Assembly (NCBI GenBank): GCA_949288485.1
Contig: CASEKC010000005.1
Coordinates: forward strand, 36,658-100,657
From: an uncultured bacterium
GTDB taxonomy: Bacteria; Bacillota_I; Bacilli_A; RFN20; CAG-826
Reading direction: 5' to 3'
DNA: 64,000 bases
The position numbers and the translations under genes are program-made. Positions within the stretch are counted from its first letter, which is position 1; each line of letters begins with the position of its first letter. Below are positions 61,672 to 64,000 of the stretch, in pieces. The notes beneath the pieces were generated by a model. The model saw only the letters and a program-made list of their open reading frames with translations, did no database searches and was not told the DNA's origin.

Positions 61672-64000
61672 TTATACTTCTATTTTTTCTACCTCTTTAT
61701 AAGTTTCTTTAACAATTGATAATAAATACATCTTTATATTATTAACCTCTTTATAATCTTTAAAATCTCTTTCAATAACTTTTCGATAAATATTAAGTTG
61801 TCTTATATATTCTTTATCATCTATTGAAGAAGTTTTATAATCGATAATTTTAATTTTATTTTCATAAACAAGTAATAAGTCAATACTTCCACTTACTCCA
61901 TCCATTTCATATTGATATTCACTAAATATATGAGTATTTTCATTAATATCATCAAAAATATCTAATTTTCTTACATTTTCAATTCTTTTTCTTTCTTTTT
62001 CATCAACAATATAAGAAAAATCAGGATTTTTAAAATCTAAGTTTTCAAGTAAAAAATGCATATGAGTTCCATAATCTAAAGAAGCTAATAATTCTTCATT
62101 ATATTTATCTTCATTTGCTAATTCTTTAGATGCTCTTTTATATGTTTTTTCTTTAAATTCATAAATTTTATCACTTACATTTAAAGAAGGTAACTTATTT
62201 AAATCTTCATTATTAGTTAAAGAAAGTATATCTTCATCAATAGATAAATATTTCATTTTAAAATCAACAAAGTTGATTTTAAAAAGAGTATTTTTTAAGT
62301 AAGAAGGATAAAAAAGTAATAAAAATCTTAAAAAAGAACGATCATTAAGTTTTTTTAAATCAATTACTTCAATATTATCTTCTTTTAATATTTTCATATA
62401 ATTATCAAAAAATGCTTTATATTTCATTTTTTCTATGAAATATGGATCATTTTTATCAATATAACCAATATTAATTTTATTTTTTATTTTTTTAAATAAT
62501 CCATAATTTAAACGCGTAGATAAACTAAATAATATTTTTGTTAAATAAGTTAATGAATATTCACTGTTTTCTTCATTTAAAGCACTGATATTATCATCTA
62601 TTTTTGTTAAATCAATTAATTCTTTAGTTTCTAACTTAGTTTTTTTATCGTTCTTATAAATATTTTTAACAATATCCATTATAAAATTATTAATCATATT
62701 AAAATTAATTGAGTTTTTAACGATTACCATTTTATCTAATTTTTTATGAGCTACTTTTAAAGAAAAATAGTTAGTTAATTCAATTAATTTTCTAATTTCA
62801 TTAATTTCTTCTTCCTTTATTACTTCTTCTTCTTTTAAAACATTTAAATAATCTTCATTTAGTTCATATTTAAATTCAAAAGCATTAAATATTTCAGGCA
62901 TTATTGTGTTATCAGACATTAATTTTTTATAAGAAAGTAAACTTACTGGTGGATTAAAACGTGGATTAACAAAATATAAAGATTCTTTTTCTCTAGTAAA
63001 TGCAACATAAAGTAATCTTTCATATTCATTTATATTTTCACTTTCCTCATTTTCATCAAGTAAAGTATTAAAAATGGTATTCATTTCTTCATTTAACTTA
63101 AAATGAGGTAATAATAAACCTAATTCTTTATCAACACTAATTTTTATTCCTTTATTTCTGTCATTATTACCACTAGCATTTAAATTACATTCTCCTAAAG
63201 GAATATAAACTATTTTAAATTCTAATCCTTTAGATTTATGAATAGTCATAAGTTCAACACTATTTTCACTAGAAAATAGTGTTTCTTGAACTAAATTTAT
63301 TCGATATTTTTCTAAAGAAGATAAAAGAATAGTAAAATCTTCAATTTGAGATCCACCATTTTCAAGCTGATTAGTTAAAGAATAAACATATTCAATTTGA
63401 TTAATATTATTAAAAATATCACCATTATGATTTAAATTTTTTATAACATTAAAATCATTAATTAAATCTAAAATTATTTCACTTAATGATGAAGATAAAT
63501 GATTATTAACAAAATCAACCATTTTTAAATATATTTCATCATTTTTATATTTATTATTAATAATTAAATCATATATTTTATTATCACTATAAGAATATAA
63601 ATAACTTCTTAATATCGATACTAAATTATGTTTAATATTATATTCATTATTATTATCATTATTAGAATTAAATCTAAGTTCATAGAATAATTTAGTTAGT
63701 GATTCAATAACTATTATTGAATCATTAACTCTAATATCATCATCATAAGCTATATTTAAAGGTATTTTATATTCTTCAAATAATTTTTTATATAAAGAAT
63801 AATTAGTTTTTCTTTTTGTTAAAATTGCAAAATCACTGTAAGTTACATCTCTTAAATATAATTTATCATTTTTATCTAAATCAATAACTTTATAATGTTC
63901 TTTTATTTTTGTAGCAATATCATTAATTATTAAAAGTATTTCATTTTCAGTTTCATCTTTAGCATGTTTATTAATTGAAGAAGATACTAAAAAATTAAAA
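61672..64000 (-). CDS. addA: AddA/RexA-like helicase-nuclease (UvrD-family helicase C-terminal part plus PD-(D/E)XK nuclease); 5' end lies outside the window
   Basis: Helicase motif ..VELMTIHKSKGLEFKIVYIP.. and C-terminal nuclease motif ..GSIDLLLVYENKIKIIDYKT... The reading frame stays open upstream of the listed Met through the part I translated (up to about 63.6 kb), and I assume it continues to the window edge. Confidence 0.7.
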   Translation of the reverse strand, partial: FNFLVSSSINKHAKDETENEILLIINDIATKIKEHYKVIDLDKNDKLYLRDVTYSDFAILTKRKTNYSLYKKLFEEYKIPLNIAYDDDIRVNDSIIVIESLTKLFYELRFNSNNDNNNEYNIKHNLVSILRSYLYSYSDNKIYDLIINNKYKNDEIYLKMVDFVNNHLSSSLSEIILDLINDFNVIKNLNHNGDIFNNINQIEYVYSLTNQLENGGSQIEDFTILLSSLEKYRINLVQETLFSSENSVELMTIHKSKGLEFKIVYIPLGECNLNASGNNDRNKGIKISVDKELGLLLPHFKLNEEMNTIFNTLLDENEESENINEYERLLYVAFTREKESLYFVNPRFNPPVSLLSYKKLMSDNTIMPEIFNAFEFKYELNEDYLNVLKEEEVIKEEEINEIRKLIELTNYFSLKVAHKKLDKMVIVKNSINFNMINNFIMDIVKNIYKNDKKTKLETKELIDLTKIDDNISALNEENSEYSLTYLTKILFSLSTRLNYGLFKKIKNKINIGYIDKNDPYFIEKMKYKAFFDNYMKILKEDNIEVIDLKKLNDRSFLRFLLLFYPSYLKNTLFKINFVDFKMKYLSIDEDILSLTNNEDLNKLPSLNVSDKIYEFKEKTYKRASKELANEDKYNEELLASLDYGTHMHFLLENLDFKNPDFSYIVDEKERKRIENVRKLDIFDDINENTHIFSEYQYEMDGVSGSIDLLLVYENKIKIIDYKTSSIDDKEYIRQLNIYRKVIERDFKDYKEVNNIKMYLLSIVKETYKEVEKIEV

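Overview
This is a very AT-rich window, roughly 27-30% GC by eye, from a low-GC Firmicutes or Mollicutes-like chromosome. The standard code applies: TGA ends genes such as hipB and the TrmB-like gene, and Trp is TGG. Only the right edge looks like core genome: tRNA-Ile, tRNA-Val, tRNA-Thr, a DUF362 gene and a partial addA-like helicase-nuclease. Everything left of tRNA-Thr (60230) looks like integrative islands added one after another at that tRNA. The last 16 nt of the tRNA plus about 100 bp of neighbouring sequence recur at about 6.3 kb and 30.8 kb, and in deleted form at 56.0 kb. Each of these junctions has an integrase gene or integrase tail on its left. On its right is a small Xis-like gene followed by XRE-family HTH genes. 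Both full-length integrases are frameshifted. The island cargo is mostly defence and conflict genes:
- hipBA
- a GmrSD-type DUF262/DUF1524 enzyme
- a type III R-M system plus a GIY-YIG protein
- AbiH
- a five-gene operon with a Dam-family methyltransferase and a GHKL ATPase
- DUF234- and DUF4143-type ATPases
- a macro-domain pseudogene
- a soluble FtsH-like AAA+/M41 protease
- orphan toxin tails with immunity-like genes
- an ImmA/XRE pair
- an IS1202-like IS with a 28-bp target duplication, and an IS66 remnant
- collagen-like surface lipoproteins, one fused to endonuclease I

The items I consider most worth follow-up:
1. A GC-enriched, ORF-free block of about 570 nt (11.15-11.73 kb) that looks like a large structured RNA. 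It sits divergently next to an RHH/WYL-like protein, and an orphan copy of its 3' module lies at 56.58 kb.
2. The uncharacterised Dam/GHKL operon (38.3-43.4 kb).
3. Two cassettes bracketed by inverted repeats, each carrying five CCACAAAAAGT repeats and an extended -10 promoter, upstream of each integrase module.
4. A tandem array of five XRE paralogs joined by identical overlapping gene junctions.
5. A promoter whose whole spacer is a (TA) repeat, upstream of the collagen-like lipoprotein genes.

All calls rest on reading the sequence and the ORF translations by eye. No database search was run.
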